Assembly (NCBI GenBank): GCA_022566515.1
Contig: JADFIT010000002.1
Coordinates: 4,068-68,067 of the forward strand
Direction of reading: 5' to 3'
Origin: Gemmatimonadota bacterium
Lineage (GTDB): Bacteria > Gemmatimonadota > Gemmatimonadetes > Gemmatimonadales > GWC2-71-9
Length of the DNA stretch: 64,000 nt
Shown: positions 35,087 through 44,504 of the stretch, piece by piece
How the letters are laid out: each line of letters starts with the position of its first letter
How positions within the stretch are numbered: the first letter of the stretch is position 1
Translations under genes and position numbers: made by a program
The notes under the pieces: generated by a model
Told to the model about the DNA's origin: nothing
What the model saw: only the letters and a program-made list of their open reading frames with translations
The model's database searches: none

Positions 35087-37422
35087 ACCTCCTCCTGGCT
35101 CTAGCGGTGGCGATCCAGCAGCCGCAGGTAGCTGCTACGGTGAACCGGACGGAAGCCGAGGTCGGTGACGAGATCGTCGTCACCATCAGCGTCACAGCCG
35201 ATGGAGGCGTGCCCACCGAAGTTTTGGTTCCGCCGTTTTCCGGTCTCGACCTGATCGGAACAAGCCAGTCGTCGGTGTTCACGTCGATGGGGGTGCGCGG
35301 GACGCGAGAGACGACATGGCGCTACCGCTTCCGCGCTGCAGTGCCGGGCCGTACGGTAATCGGTCCTATTCGCGTTCGCGTTGGGAGCGACGTCATCGAT
35401 GCCGGAGAGCTGTCTGTAACGGTGACTGCCGTGGGTGGTGAAGGCGGTACGGAGTTTCATGAACGGCTTGCCGAAATTATCGCTGCCGCTCCGGATCCGG
35501 GAGCCGCAGACGACGTGACCGTACAGATAATCCCGTCGAGCGACACGATTGTTCTGGGCGAGCAGCTGGACCTGGTGGTCGTGGCATGGTTTCCCCGAGA
35601 CGTACGCTCCCGGCTTCGAACCCGTCCGACGCTGACGCCGCCGGAATTGCAGGGTGCCTGGACTTATCCCAGCACCGCTGCCCTCGGCGTGGCTGACACG
35701 CGCGTGGTGGACGGACGCCGGTACGACCTGTTCGTGCATCACCAAGTTGCGTTTCCCCTCACCGCCGGAGAGTTGCGAGTGGGACACGCAACGGTGTCGT
35801 ACAGTCTCCCGTTGCGGACCTCCATCCTCAGTCGCGAAATGCCCCAGGAGGTTCAGAGCAAAGACACTACCGTCGTCGTGCTTCCCCAACCGCTCGAAGG
35901 TATGCCTCAGCCGTTCACCGGGGCGGCGGCCCGCAACTTGGAGTTCACCGTAACCGTCGATACCGGTGATTTTGGGATGGGAAATGCCAGCACCATCACT
36001 GCAAAGGTCACCGGAGAGGGCAATGTTTCGCTGTGGCCGAGACCGGAGTTCCGGTGGCCCGAAGGCGTGAGGGTGTACGAGGGTCGAACCGCTGTAGACA
36101 TCGTCATCGAGAACGGCATGATTGGCGGCACCAAGACCTTCACCTATCTCGTGGCACCCGAGTCTACGGGGACCTACGTGATTCCTCCAGCGAGCTACCG
36201 TTACTTTGCACTGGATTCCGGACGGCATGTGCAGGCGACCGCGCCGCAAGTGCGGCTCGTAGCTCGTGCCGTACGCCGGGGTGCCAGGCGTGACGTTCGG
36301 CCGCCTCCGATCATGGCACGTCGAGGAGCCACAGCTCTCGAAGATCTGAGGAGCCGGATTCGCCTGTGGATGCTGGGCTTGATCGCCGGTCTGCCTCCAC
36401 TCCTCGCCTTTCTCGCGCGTGTCGGCGTTGCAATCCGCCGCCGCCGCCGGCCCGCAGGGCGTACGCCTGCCAAGAGTCCCGCTCTGGAGGTGCTCGAGCA
36501 GGAATTCCGTGCGAATCTGGAGCGACTGGTACCCGACATGGACGCCCGGGAAGGGGACGGTTTGCCGGCGGCCTTGCGGGCTGCCGGTGTCGAAGCGCCG
36601 GTGGCCATCCACGCATCCAGGGTGCGCGACCGGTTGTGGCAAGCCCTGTACGGTCCGGAAGGCACATCAGACCACCTCGAGCTACGCGCCGAAGTGCACG
36701 AGGTGCTGCGGGCGTTGCCCGGGGGGCGGCACCGAAGCCGACGGATGGTCGGCGCAGCCGGATTGGTGGGGGCCCTGGGGATGATCTGGGCGGGCGCCGC
36801 CTCGGCCCAGTCCACGACGGCGGAACAGCTCTACGAGGCTGGCGCCTTTCGAGCCGCAGCAGACAGTTTCCTCATCCGCGCGTCGCAACAGCCCGCCGAC
36901 CCGTCGCAATGGTTCAACGCAGGTGCTGCCCTCTTCGGCGCCGGCGAGGAAACCGCTGCCCGCGTTGCGTGGGTCAAGGCGGCGCGGGTCGCTCCCCGGA
37001 ACCCCAGGGTGGGAGCAGCCTTGCAGTTGGTTCCTCCGGTCGACTCTCACGCGCGGGCCAATACATGGATTGCGCCGGTTACGGTAATGGAATTGGCGCT
37101 GGTGGGGACGATTCTATGGGTTGTGGGTTGGTTGACCTACACCTTCTCCGCGCGACCGTGGAGGGCGCTGCCCGTCGCCGCCTTCGGGTTGGTGGTTGCC
37201 TGCCTGGCCGCGTATCTGCATGACCGCTACACCGAACCCGTTGGGCTGGTCCTGGTCCCGAACGCCGCAGTTCGCGAGGCGCCGTACGGTACGGCCCTGG
37301 CAACCACCCGATTTGCCCAGGGGGCCGCCGTGCGCATCGAACGCAGTGAAGGCGCGTGGCTACTCGTCAGGAGGGGAGGGTACCAGGGTTGGGTCCTCTC
37401 GGCCGAGGTCGGCAGGCTGTAG
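35083..37422 (+). CDS. BatD-like protein fused to TPR and C-terminal SH3b domains (BatD/BatE-like)
   Basis: N-terminal BatD-style beta-rich repeats (VNRTEAEVGDEIVVTISV...), a TM around residue 430, TPR-like segment (AEQLYEAGAFRAAADSF...), more TMs, then SH3b-like AAVREAPYGTA...GAAVRIERSEGAWLLVRRGGYQGWV. GTGA overlap; TTG at 35080 is also possible. Confidence 0.75.
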   Translation: MNLLLALAVAIQQPQVAATVNRTEAEVGDEIVVTISVTADGGVPTEVLVPPFSGLDLIGTSQSSVFTSMGVRGTRETTWRYRFRAAVPGRTVIGPIRVRVGSDVIDAGELSVTVTAVGGEGGTEFHERLAEIIAAAPDPGAADDVTVQIIPSSDTIVLGEQLDLVVVAWFPRDVRSRLRTRPTLTPPELQGAWTYPSTAALGVADTRVVDGRRYDLFVHHQVAFPLTAGELRVGHATVSYSLPLRTSILSREMPQEVQSKDTTVVVLPQPLEGMPQPFTGAAARNLEFTVTVDTGDFGMGNASTITAKVTGEGNVSLWPRPEFRWPEGVRVYEGRTAVDIVIENGMIGGTKTFTYLVAPESTGTYVIPPASYRYFALDSGRHVQATAPQVRLVARAVRRGARRDVRPPPIMARRGATALEDLRSRIRLWMLGLIAGLPPLLAFLARVGVAIRRRRRPAGRTPAKSPALEVLEQEFRANLERLVPDMDAREGDGLPAALRAAGVEAPVAIHASRVRDRLWQALYGPEGTSDHLELRAEVHEVLRALPGGRHRSRRMVGAAGLVGALGMIWAGAASAQSTTAEQLYEAGAFRAAADSFLIRASQQPADPSQWFNAGAALFGAGEETAARVAWVKAARVAPRNPRVGAALQLVPPVDSHARANTWIAPVTVMELALVGTILWVVGWLTYTFSARPWRALPVAAFGLVVACLAAYLHDRYTEPVGLVLVPNAAVREAPYGTALATTRFAQGAAVRIERSEGAWLLVRRGGYQGWVLSAEVGRL

Positions 37423-39159
37423 ATGGGTCGTATCGTCATTCTACCAGATGCGGTGATCGATCAGATTTCGGCCGGCGAAGTGGTGGAGCGTCCCGCATCT
37501 GTCGTTAAAGAACTCATCGAGAATGCGTTGGACGCCGGCGCGACGGCCATAGAGATCGCATTGGAGGCCGGCGGGAAGACGTCGATCACCGTGAGCGACG
37601 ACGGAACGGGGATGGACCGAGATGACGCAGTGCTGGCGATCGATCGACACGCCACTAGCAAAATTAAGTCGGCTTCGGATCTCATCGGCGTCGCCACACT
37701 CGGCTTTCGCGGCGAGGCCCTCGCCGCCATTGCGTCGGTTTCGAAGTTCGAGCTGGAAACAGCCCCTGACGAAGACGATGCTTCGTCGGAAGCCACGCGT
37801 CTCATAGTGGAGGGAGGTCGCCTCAAAGATGTGCAGCAAACGGCGCGGCGGCGCGGAACGACGGTGCGGGTGAGGCGGCTGTTCTTCAACGCACCAGCGA
37901 GGCGGAAGTTCCTCCGCACGCCGGCCACCGAGACGCGTGCAACAGTTGCGGCAGTTTCTGTGCTCGCCTTCATGCGCTTGGACGTGTCCTTCAAGCTCAC
38001 CAACGACGGGCGCTCGTTGACCGACGCTCCCCGAGTCTCTGCCTTGGGGGATCGCATCGAATCGCTGTTCGGTCGATCCCTTGCCGAAGGGCTCATTCCC
38101 GTGGACCATCATGCCGGCAACGTCTCCGTGCGCGGATTCATCCAACGTCCGGCCGATGCCAAACCCACGGGACGCAAAGCGTTTCTCTTCGTCAACGGGC
38201 GCCCGTTCCGCGATCCGTTTGTGGTAAGGGCGGCGGAAGCCGGCTATCGAGCAACGATTCACCCTGGGTCCCGACCTACGATGTTCCTCTCGCTCGGCGT
38301 TCCAGGTGACACCGTTGACGTGAACGTCCATCCGAGCAAGCTGGAAGTGCGGTTCCGCGACCGCCGCTTTGTAGAAGCTACGGTAGAAGAAGCCGTGCGG
38401 CGTGCACTGGGTCCGATCGGTGCCGCCGCCGTCGTGGGCCCCGGAGCTGATTGGCTTCCAGAGGCCGCCGCCGCGTCGACAGTGGCAGGGGCTGGGTATC
38501 CGCCCAGCTCTCCCGAAGGGTCACGAGGCAGCGCTCCCTCGTTGTTCGGGGTCGAACGGTATGCTCCCGCACACGCGGAGTTTTTTGTAGCCGACGGAGG
38601 GTTTCTCCAGATCTTTGACACATATATCGTGATGCAGACACCCGACGGCCTGGCCATCGTGGATCAGCACTCCGCACACGAGCGGGTGCTGTACGAGGCG
38701 ACCATGAGCCAGCTGAATGGAGAAGGTGCACCGTCTCAACGCCTGCTTCTCCCTCTCACGGTGGATTTAGAGCCACGCGAGCTCGAGGCCGTCGAACAAA
38801 ATCGCGCCCAGCTGGACGCCATTGGATTTGAGGTGGAGGATTTCGGAGGTCGGTCGGTCGTTATCCATGCCGTCCCGAACCCGCACCCACGATTCGACGC
38901 CCGGCGGTGTTTCGAAGAAGTGGTAGCCGACTTCGCCCGGGGCCGCTTTGGAGGCTGGAATAACCAACTCGAGCGGTTCGCGGCAACGTACGCCTGTCGC
39001 GCTGCGATCAAGGCCGGTCAGGTGCTAGAGCAGCGAGAGATCGGCACGCTTCTGCGGCGACTCTTCGGGTGTGAGTTGCCACCGCATGACGTGCACGGAC
39101 GTCCCACGATCGTACAGCTTCCGCGGGAGGAACTGGAGCGCCGCTTTGGGCGGAGCTAA
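37423..39159 (+). CDS. mutL: DNA mismatch repair protein MutL (endonuclease-type)
   Basis: GHKL ATPase N-terminus IDQISAGEVVERPASVVKELIENALDAG, DDGTGM, GFRGEAL. The C-terminal domain has the DQHA(x)2E(x)4E endonuclease motif (VDQHSAHERVLYE). Confidence 0.9.
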   Translation: MGRIVILPDAVIDQISAGEVVERPASVVKELIENALDAGATAIEIALEAGGKTSITVSDDGTGMDRDDAVLAIDRHATSKIKSASDLIGVATLGFRGEALAAIASVSKFELETAPDEDDASSEATRLIVEGGRLKDVQQTARRRGTTVRVRRLFFNAPARRKFLRTPATETRATVAAVSVLAFMRLDVSFKLTNDGRSLTDAPRVSALGDRIESLFGRSLAEGLIPVDHHAGNVSVRGFIQRPADAKPTGRKAFLFVNGRPFRDPFVVRAAEAGYRATIHPGSRPTMFLSLGVPGDTVDVNVHPSKLEVRFRDRRFVEATVEEAVRRALGPIGAAAVVGPGADWLPEAAAASTVAGAGYPPSSPEGSRGSAPSLFGVERYAPAHAEFFVADGGFLQIFDTYIVMQTPDGLAIVDQHSAHERVLYEATMSQLNGEGAPSQRLLLPLTVDLEPRELEAVEQNRAQLDAIGFEVEDFGGRSVVIHAVPNPHPRFDARRCFEEVVADFARGRFGGWNNQLERFAATYACRAAIKAGQVLEQREIGTLLRRLFGCELPPHDVHGRPTIVQLPREELERRFGRS

Positions 39160-40069
39160 GCCGACCGTCCTCGTTCTGGTTGGACCAACCGCCATCGGCA
39201 AGACCGCGCTCGCTGCCGCGCTTGCCGATCACTGGCCCGTTACCGTCATCTCGGCCGATTCGCGGCAAGTATATCGTCGTCTGGACATAGGGACGGGCAA
39301 ACCTACGGCGGACGTGTTACGACGTGTCCCGCACATCGGGTTGGACATCGTCGACCCCGGCGAACGCTACAGCGCGGGGCAGTACGCGCGCGACGCGACG
39401 CGATGGTTGACGGAGATCGCTCCTTCACGACGACCGATCGTGATCGGCGGAACCGGGTTCTATGTTAGGGCGCTCGTTGACGGGTTGTTTCGAGAGCCGC
39501 CCATTGACGCGAAGGTGCGGCAGAAGTTCCGTGCTTGGGCGGCCAACGCGACGGCGCTTGGTGCTTGGGCAGCACGCCTCGACCCGGAATACCGTGGAGG
39601 GGGCAGGCAACGAGCCGCCCGAACGGTAGAGGTCGCTCTGCTGACGGGTAGGCCGCTGTCAGTATGGCAACGAGAGGCGAAGGCGGAAGGTGCCATGCGC
39701 CCTTGGTACGTCCGGCTCACGGCTCCGCGGCGTTTCTTGCACGCGCGCATCGCTGCACGGGTCCGGGCAATGCTGGAAGCGGGATGGGTAGATGAGGTGC
39801 GACAATTGCTAGCCTCGGGAGTGGCTCCGGACGCCGCTGGCCTGGACGGGGTTGGGTACCGAGAGGTGATAGCGCATCTTCAGGGCGCTATTCCCGCCGA
39901 TCGACTCGCTGAAGCCATTGCGACGAGCACCCGGCAGTATGCCAAGCGCCAGGAAACCTGGTTTCGTCACCAATTGATAGGACATCCCGTAGTGACGTTG
40001 GACGCTACCGATCCTCCAAACGTTTTGGCGCGAAGGGTCGTCGAATTATGGGAGGACAGAGAAAACTGA
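39146..40069 (+). CDS. miaA: tRNA dimethylallyltransferase
   Basis: P-loop VLVGPTAIGKTALA, ISADSRQVYRRLDIGTGKP, YAKRQETWFR. TTG 39146 gives a typical 308-aa MiaA, and the ATG at 39071 would overlap mutL by 89 nt. Confidence 0.85.
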   Translation: MGGAKPTVLVLVGPTAIGKTALAAALADHWPVTVISADSRQVYRRLDIGTGKPTADVLRRVPHIGLDIVDPGERYSAGQYARDATRWLTEIAPSRRPIVIGGTGFYVRALVDGLFREPPIDAKVRQKFRAWAANATALGAWAARLDPEYRGGGRQRAARTVEVALLTGRPLSVWQREAKAEGAMRPWYVRLTAPRRFLHARIAARVRAMLEAGWVDEVRQLLASGVAPDAAGLDGVGYREVIAHLQGAIPADRLAEAIATSTRQYAKRQETWFRHQLIGHPVVTLDATDPPNVLARRVVELWEDREN

Positions 40070-41190
40070 TGCGCATTGGGATTACTTGTTATCCCACGTA
40101 CGGAGGATCCGGTGCCGTGGCCACCGAGTTGGGGCTCGAATTGGCCAAGCGGGGCCATGAAATACACGTCATTGCCTATGCCTCTCCCTTTCGGTTGCCG
40201 GGGTTTGCGAAGAACGTCTATTTTCACGCCGTCGACGTCAGCGCGACCTATCCACTCCTGGAGTACTTCCCGTATTCTTTGGCGCTTGCGGTGAAACAGC
40301 ATGAGGTGGCGGTGCGCGAGCGGTTGGACGTGCTTCATGTCCACTACGCCGTACCCCATGCAACGGCGGCGTTCCTGGCCCGTGAGATGGTGGGTAAGGA
40401 ACATCCCCTGAAAATCATTACCACGCTGCATGGAACTGACATCACGCTCGTGGGAAAAGAGCAGTCGTTCTTCACCGTCACGAAATTTGCCATTGAGCGC
40501 TCGGATGCGGTAACTGCGGTGTCGAATTACTTGCGTAGCGAAACGTATCACGCGTTTGGATGTGAAGAATGCCGCATCAAGATGATTCCCAATTTCGTTG
40601 ACCTGAACACGTACCAACCAGTTGAGGAGCGACCCCACGACTTTGGCCCGCCAGGTGCCAAGATATTGGTGCACACATCCAACTTCCGGCCTTTGAAATG
40701 CGTGCCGAACGTGGTGCGGATCTTCCAGCGAGTTCGGGAAGAAATTCCCGCTGTGCTGGTTCTTGTGGGAGACGGCCCCGAGCGGCCCGAAGCAGAGGCT
40801 CTGGTCGAACAACTGGGGTTGCAGGATCACGTCCTCTTTCTGGGCAAGCTGAGCATGGTGGTGGACGTGTTGCAGTCCTGTGATCTGTTTCTCCTGCCGA
40901 GCACGTCGGAGTCGTTTGGATTGGGGGCCCTCGAGGCGATGGCTTGCGGCTTGCCGGTGGTGGCGAGCGACGTGGGTGGCTTGCCGGAAGTGGTGCACGA
41001 CGGCGAGACGGGGGCGCTCCACCATCCCGACGATCTCGACGGGATGGCTCGCAGTATCATAGCGCTGCTGGGCGATCAGCAGCGCTGGTCTCTGGCGAGT
41101 GAAGCCGCTGTCGCTCGGGCGAGCGAATTCTCCACGGATCGCATCGTGCCCCAGTACGAAGCTCTCTACGAAGACGTGGTTCGGGGATGA
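40069..41190 (+). CDS. bshA: GT4 glycosyltransferase, BshA-like (N-acetyl-alpha-D-glucosaminyl L-malate synthase family)
   Basis: [35 protein letters not shown] closely resembles the BshA N-terminus as I recall it. GT-B C-terminal [29 protein letters not shown]. The ATG overlaps the miaA stop (TGATG). Confidence 0.7.
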   Translation: MRIGITCYPTYGGSGAVATELGLELAKRGHEIHVIAYASPFRLPGFAKNVYFHAVDVSATYPLLEYFPYSLALAVKQHEVAVRERLDVLHVHYAVPHATAAFLAREMVGKEHPLKIITTLHGTDITLVGKEQSFFTVTKFAIERSDAVTAVSNYLRSETYHAFGCEECRIKMIPNFVDLNTYQPVEERPHDFGPPGAKILVHTSNFRPLKCVPNVVRIFQRVREEIPAVLVLVGDGPERPEAEALVEQLGLQDHVLFLGKLSMVVDVLQSCDLFLLPSTSESFGLGALEAMACGLPVVASDVGGLPEVVHDGETGALHHPDDLDGMARSIIALLGDQQRWSLASEAAVARASEFSTDRIVPQYEALYEDVVRG

Positions 41191-41975
41191 GTTGGTGGGA
41201 GGGAGTGTTGTTGGGTGTTGTCCAGGGGTTTACGGAGTTCCTGCCGATATCAAGCTCGGGTCATCTTGTGGTCGTCGAAGCGGCGCTGGGAATCACGACC
41301 CCCGGTGTTGTGATCGAGGTCGTGCTGCACGTCGCGACGCTGCTGGCGGTGGTGATCGTGTACCGGAAGGTGCTTTGGCGGTTGGCCGCTGGCGCAGTCG
41401 TGGGGGATCACACCGCTTGGCGGTACATCGGGTTGCTGGCGATCGGCACCGTACCGGCCGCCCTGGCCGGCCTGTTCCTGGCGGAGTGGTTCGAGCAGGC
41501 GTTCCAGTCCCTGATGCTCGTCGGCCTGAATTTTCTCATCACTGGTACCGTATTGTGGAGCACGCGGGAGAGAGTCCGGCACGCAGCAAGACCTTCTCCC
41601 AGCACGAAAGGAGCGTTCGGGATCGGCGTGGCTCAGGCACTGGCCATCTTGCCGGGCATATCACGCTCGGGAACGACGGTGGCGGCCGCTATTTGGTTGG
41701 GGGTGGATCCCGTCCGCGCCGCCGAGTTCTCGTTCCTGCTCGCCGTTCCAGCCATCGCTGGGGCCGCGGTGCTGCAGATTCCCAACCTGTCCGGTGGCTT
41801 GGTGTCCGCCGGAGCGTTGCCGGTCGCCGCAGGTTTCCTGGCAGCGCTGGTTTCGGGCGTCGCGGCAATACGCCTGTTGATCTTTCTCTTGCGGAACAAG
41901 GTGTTCCATCGATTCGCGCCGTACTGCTGGGGTGTCGGGGCCCTCACCATCCTGTTAGCGTCGCTGGGAATGTGA
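41187..41975 (+). CDS. uppP: Undecaprenyl-diphosphate phosphatase
   Basis: VVQGFTEFLPISSSGHL and ILPGISRSGTTV, the BacA/UppP signatures; 8 TM. ATGA overlap with bshA. Confidence 0.9.
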   Translation: MSWWEGVLLGVVQGFTEFLPISSSGHLVVVEAALGITTPGVVIEVVLHVATLLAVVIVYRKVLWRLAAGAVVGDHTAWRYIGLLAIGTVPAALAGLFLAEWFEQAFQSLMLVGLNFLITGTVLWSTRERVRHAARPSPSTKGAFGIGVAQALAILPGISRSGTTVAAAIWLGVDPVRAAEFSFLLAVPAIAGAAVLQIPNLSGGLVSAGALPVAAGFLAALVSGVAAIRLLIFLLRNKVFHRFAPYCWGVGALTILLASLGM

Positions 41976-42712
41976 AGTACGACGGTCTCGACGCTACGGC
42001 GTTGTCGGCCCGCCTGGGAGCCCCGAACTGTGTCGCCCTCGAGCGAGTGACCAGCACGCTCGACATCATCCACCAGCTTGCCGAGGATGGGGCGCCACAC
42101 GGAACGCTGGTGCTGGCGGATGAGCAGGTGAAGGGCAGGGGGCGGCGGAGTCGTTACTGGCACAGCCCCAGGGGATCCGGGGTTTGGCTGGGCAGTCTCC
42201 TGCGTCCTGCCGCGCCGGTAGAAGGTGGAGTGTTGGCGATTCGCGCTGGGATTTGCCTGGTGCGGGCGCTCGCAGATCTCGATGTCGTGGCGAAGCTCAA
42301 ATGGCCCAATGACATAATGGTTCACGACCGCAAGCTGGCGGGTATCCTGTGCGAGGCCCGATGGAGCGGACAGCAACTGTTGTGGGTGGCGTTGGGTATT
42401 GGAATCAACGTGCACGGTCCTCTCCCCAGGGAGATTGCGGATCGAGCAATCGCGCTGGATGAGGTCCTACCCGGTATCGGCCGGCTCAAAGTACTGGATG
42501 CGCTGATGCCATGGCTGCGTGGACTGGCCGATCGGCCGACGCTGGGCGAACACGAGTGCTTCGAGTTTGGGCGGTGTGACTGGCTTGCTGGCCGGCCAGT
42601 GCTCGAGCCGGTTGCCGGTACCGCGCAGGGGATCGATCGTGACGGAGCGCTCTTGGTTGAGACGTTGGAGGGCATCGAACGGGTGGTGGGAGGAACCATT
42701 GTCACCGCGTGA
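41972..42712 (+). CDS. birA: Biotin--[acetyl-CoA-carboxylase] ligase (no N-terminal HTH, group I)
   Basis: GRGRRSRYWHS (GRGRxGRxW biotin-binding loop), KWPNDI, LAGILCE. GTG 41972 overlaps the uppP stop (GTGA). The upstream part of ORF 41099-42712 is merely an alternative frame of uppP. Confidence 0.8.
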   Translation: MKYDGLDATALSARLGAPNCVALERVTSTLDIIHQLAEDGAPHGTLVLADEQVKGRGRRSRYWHSPRGSGVWLGSLLRPAAPVEGGVLAIRAGICLVRALADLDVVAKLKWPNDIMVHDRKLAGILCEARWSGQQLLWVALGIGINVHGPLPREIADRAIALDEVLPGIGRLKVLDALMPWLRGLADRPTLGEHECFEFGRCDWLAGRPVLEPVAGTAQGIDRDGALLVETLEGIERVVGGTIVTA

Positions 42713-42719
42713 TCTTCCC

Positions 42720-43670
42720 GTGTGGTCGCGCGGTGCAGCCGTTTTGCTCGTGTTGATCGCCGCGTGGTATGTACCGCGTTCGGATTCGCTGGTCACCCTC
42801 GCGGGTCATTCGTCGCTGGCCCTCGGCGCCGGCGTGGTGGCCACTTCCCTGCTGCTGGGCATGAGGCTGCCCCTCGATTTGTGGCCGCAACAGCCTGAGC
42901 GAGAGCGATTCTCGCTGCCGTTCGCCTTGCTGCTTGCGGTTGTGATGGGTGGACTGATCGTGATGTCGCGATCGAGCGGCATCCCGGGTTACCTCGCCGA
43001 GTCCGATCGTGGGCTCTTGGTAGCGATCGTAGTTGGCGGTACCGCATGGGCCCTCGGATGGGGTAAGATTCGGCAGCGAGCCTTTCTGGGATGGTACGGC
43101 GTTGCTGCGGCCGTTGGATTGGTGCCCCTGATCGCGAAGATCATCGCGGCGACCCTGGAGCAAGGGGGACTGCCACCAGTGGAGTTGGGAACGTTCTTCC
43201 AGGTCGGTGTTTTTTCACTGGTCGCCGGCGCCGCTGGAGCGCTCGTGACGCAGGAACTTGCCTTTCGCCGTGTGATGATCGGGCAGGCGGGAGATGCAGG
43301 ATTGGCCCTCGTGCTGATCTCAGCATTGGCGTTCGGGGCATGGCTTGCGGTGGCGCCTGATCCGCCGGGCGGTGCACTTCACGCTGCGACTCTGGGCACC
43401 CTGCAGGGAGTGGTGCTCGGCTCGCTCTACACGTTGTCCCGCTCGCTGCTGGTTCCGGCCCTGTATCACGGAGTCTCCACCGCCGGGTTGCGGGCGTTCG
43501 ATCTCGCATCCGTGCCGGTGGAAGGGACGGCATCCTCCAACGACCACGTGATGGCAGGGATGGCGGCGACTGGGATCGTGGCCGCCATGTTAGCCTATCG
43601 AGTAAGTCGGCGGTCGGGGTTCATCGGTCTCCTCAAACGACGACACACGACAGATGCTTCTAGCGATTGA
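42720..43670 (+). CDS. CPBP (CAAX) family intramembrane glutamic endopeptidase
   Basis: Polytopic. Motif 1 TQELAFRRV (EExxxR-like), later LYHGVS (HxxxN/H-like). GTG 42720 lies just after the birA stop. Start uncertain. Confidence 0.65.
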   Translation: MWSRGAAVLLVLIAAWYVPRSDSLVTLAGHSSLALGAGVVATSLLLGMRLPLDLWPQQPERERFSLPFALLLAVVMGGLIVMSRSSGIPGYLAESDRGLLVAIVVGGTAWALGWGKIRQRAFLGWYGVAAAVGLVPLIAKIIAATLEQGGLPPVELGTFFQVGVFSLVAGAAGALVTQELAFRRVMIGQAGDAGLALVLISALAFGAWLAVAPDPPGGALHAATLGTLQGVVLGSLYTLSRSLLVPALYHGVSTAGLRAFDLASVPVEGTASSNDHVMAGMAATGIVAAMLAYRVSRRSGFIGLLKRRHTTDASSD

Positions 43671-44433
43671 CATCGGAAACTCCGAGATCACCCTAGGGTT
43701 GTTTTCCGCTGATCGAGCTGTGACACAGTGGCGGATGACGACCGTCACGCTGCGCACGCCCGACGAATGGATGAGCACCCTGACGGCGTACTTGGTGCAG
43801 GCCGGACGTTCTCCTAACGAAGTGCGTGCTGTCATCTGTGGTTCGGTGGCTCCGGCGGTGACACAGGCGCTCATGGAAGGGGTGGAGAAGGCGGTGGGGA
43901 TCGCACCGGTGTTGGTCGGGCCCGAATCCGAACTCCCCATCGAGCTGGACGTAGAAGAGCCGATGACGGTGGGCGCGGATCGGGTGGTCAATACGCTGGC
44001 GGCCTCTCAGTTGTATCACCGGGACACGATCGTTGTGGATTTTGGGACAGCGACCACATTCGACTGTATCACCGCCGACGGCCGGTTTATCGGAGGGGTC
44101 ATCGCTCCGGGCATCCAAACCGCCGCCGATGATCTCGCCCGCAAGACCGCCAAGTTGCCTGCCACCGAACTCACCCCTCCGCCCAGAGTCATCGGGCGGC
44201 GGACCGAAGACTGCGTTCGTGCGGGAGTGCTGTTCGGCGGCGCAGATGCCACCGACGGACTGGTGAGGCGTATCAAGGCCGAGTGGCCGAACGAGTCGGT
44301 GCCCCTCGTCGTCGCGACCGGGGGTTTGGCCTCTCGCATGGCCGAGCTGTCGGAGGAGATCGACGAGATCGAGCCAGCCCTCACCTTGATCGGGTTGCGG
44401 ATTGCGGCGGGTTACCTGGGACTGAAGTGGTAA
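43654..44433 (+). CDS. coaX: Type III pantothenate kinase
   Basis: MLLAIDIGNSEITLGLF (DxGNT/S phosphate-1 motif), VGADRVVN, VVDFGTATTFD, ATGGLA. Confidence 0.9.
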   Translation: MLLAIDIGNSEITLGLFSADRAVTQWRMTTVTLRTPDEWMSTLTAYLVQAGRSPNEVRAVICGSVAPAVTQALMEGVEKAVGIAPVLVGPESELPIELDVEEPMTVGADRVVNTLAASQLYHRDTIVVDFGTATTFDCITADGRFIGGVIAPGIQTAADDLARKTAKLPATELTPPPRVIGRRTEDCVRAGVLFGGADATDGLVRRIKAEWPNESVPLVVATGGLASRMAELSEEIDEIEPALTLIGLRIAAGYLGLKW

Positions 44434-44504
44434 CGCCGGGCCGTTGAATTGAAAGCCACCCGGCGCTAACTTGCGGCGGCTCGGAACTACTGGAGAGATC
44501 AGAG

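Noticed and set aside
35101-36642. 513-aa minus-strand ORF, and similar antisense ORFs at 39967-41025, 43693-44526, 58624-59595 and 60836-61675
   Set aside because: These are the same high-GC antisense artefact. Each lies fully inside a confidently identified plus-strand gene (batD-like, bshA, coaX, nuoG, nuoI/J).
41099-42712. 537-aa ORF as a single gene
   Set aside because: Its first roughly 290 codons are an alternative frame of uppP with low-complexity R/G/P content. Only the part from GTG 41972 encodes a BirA-like protein.
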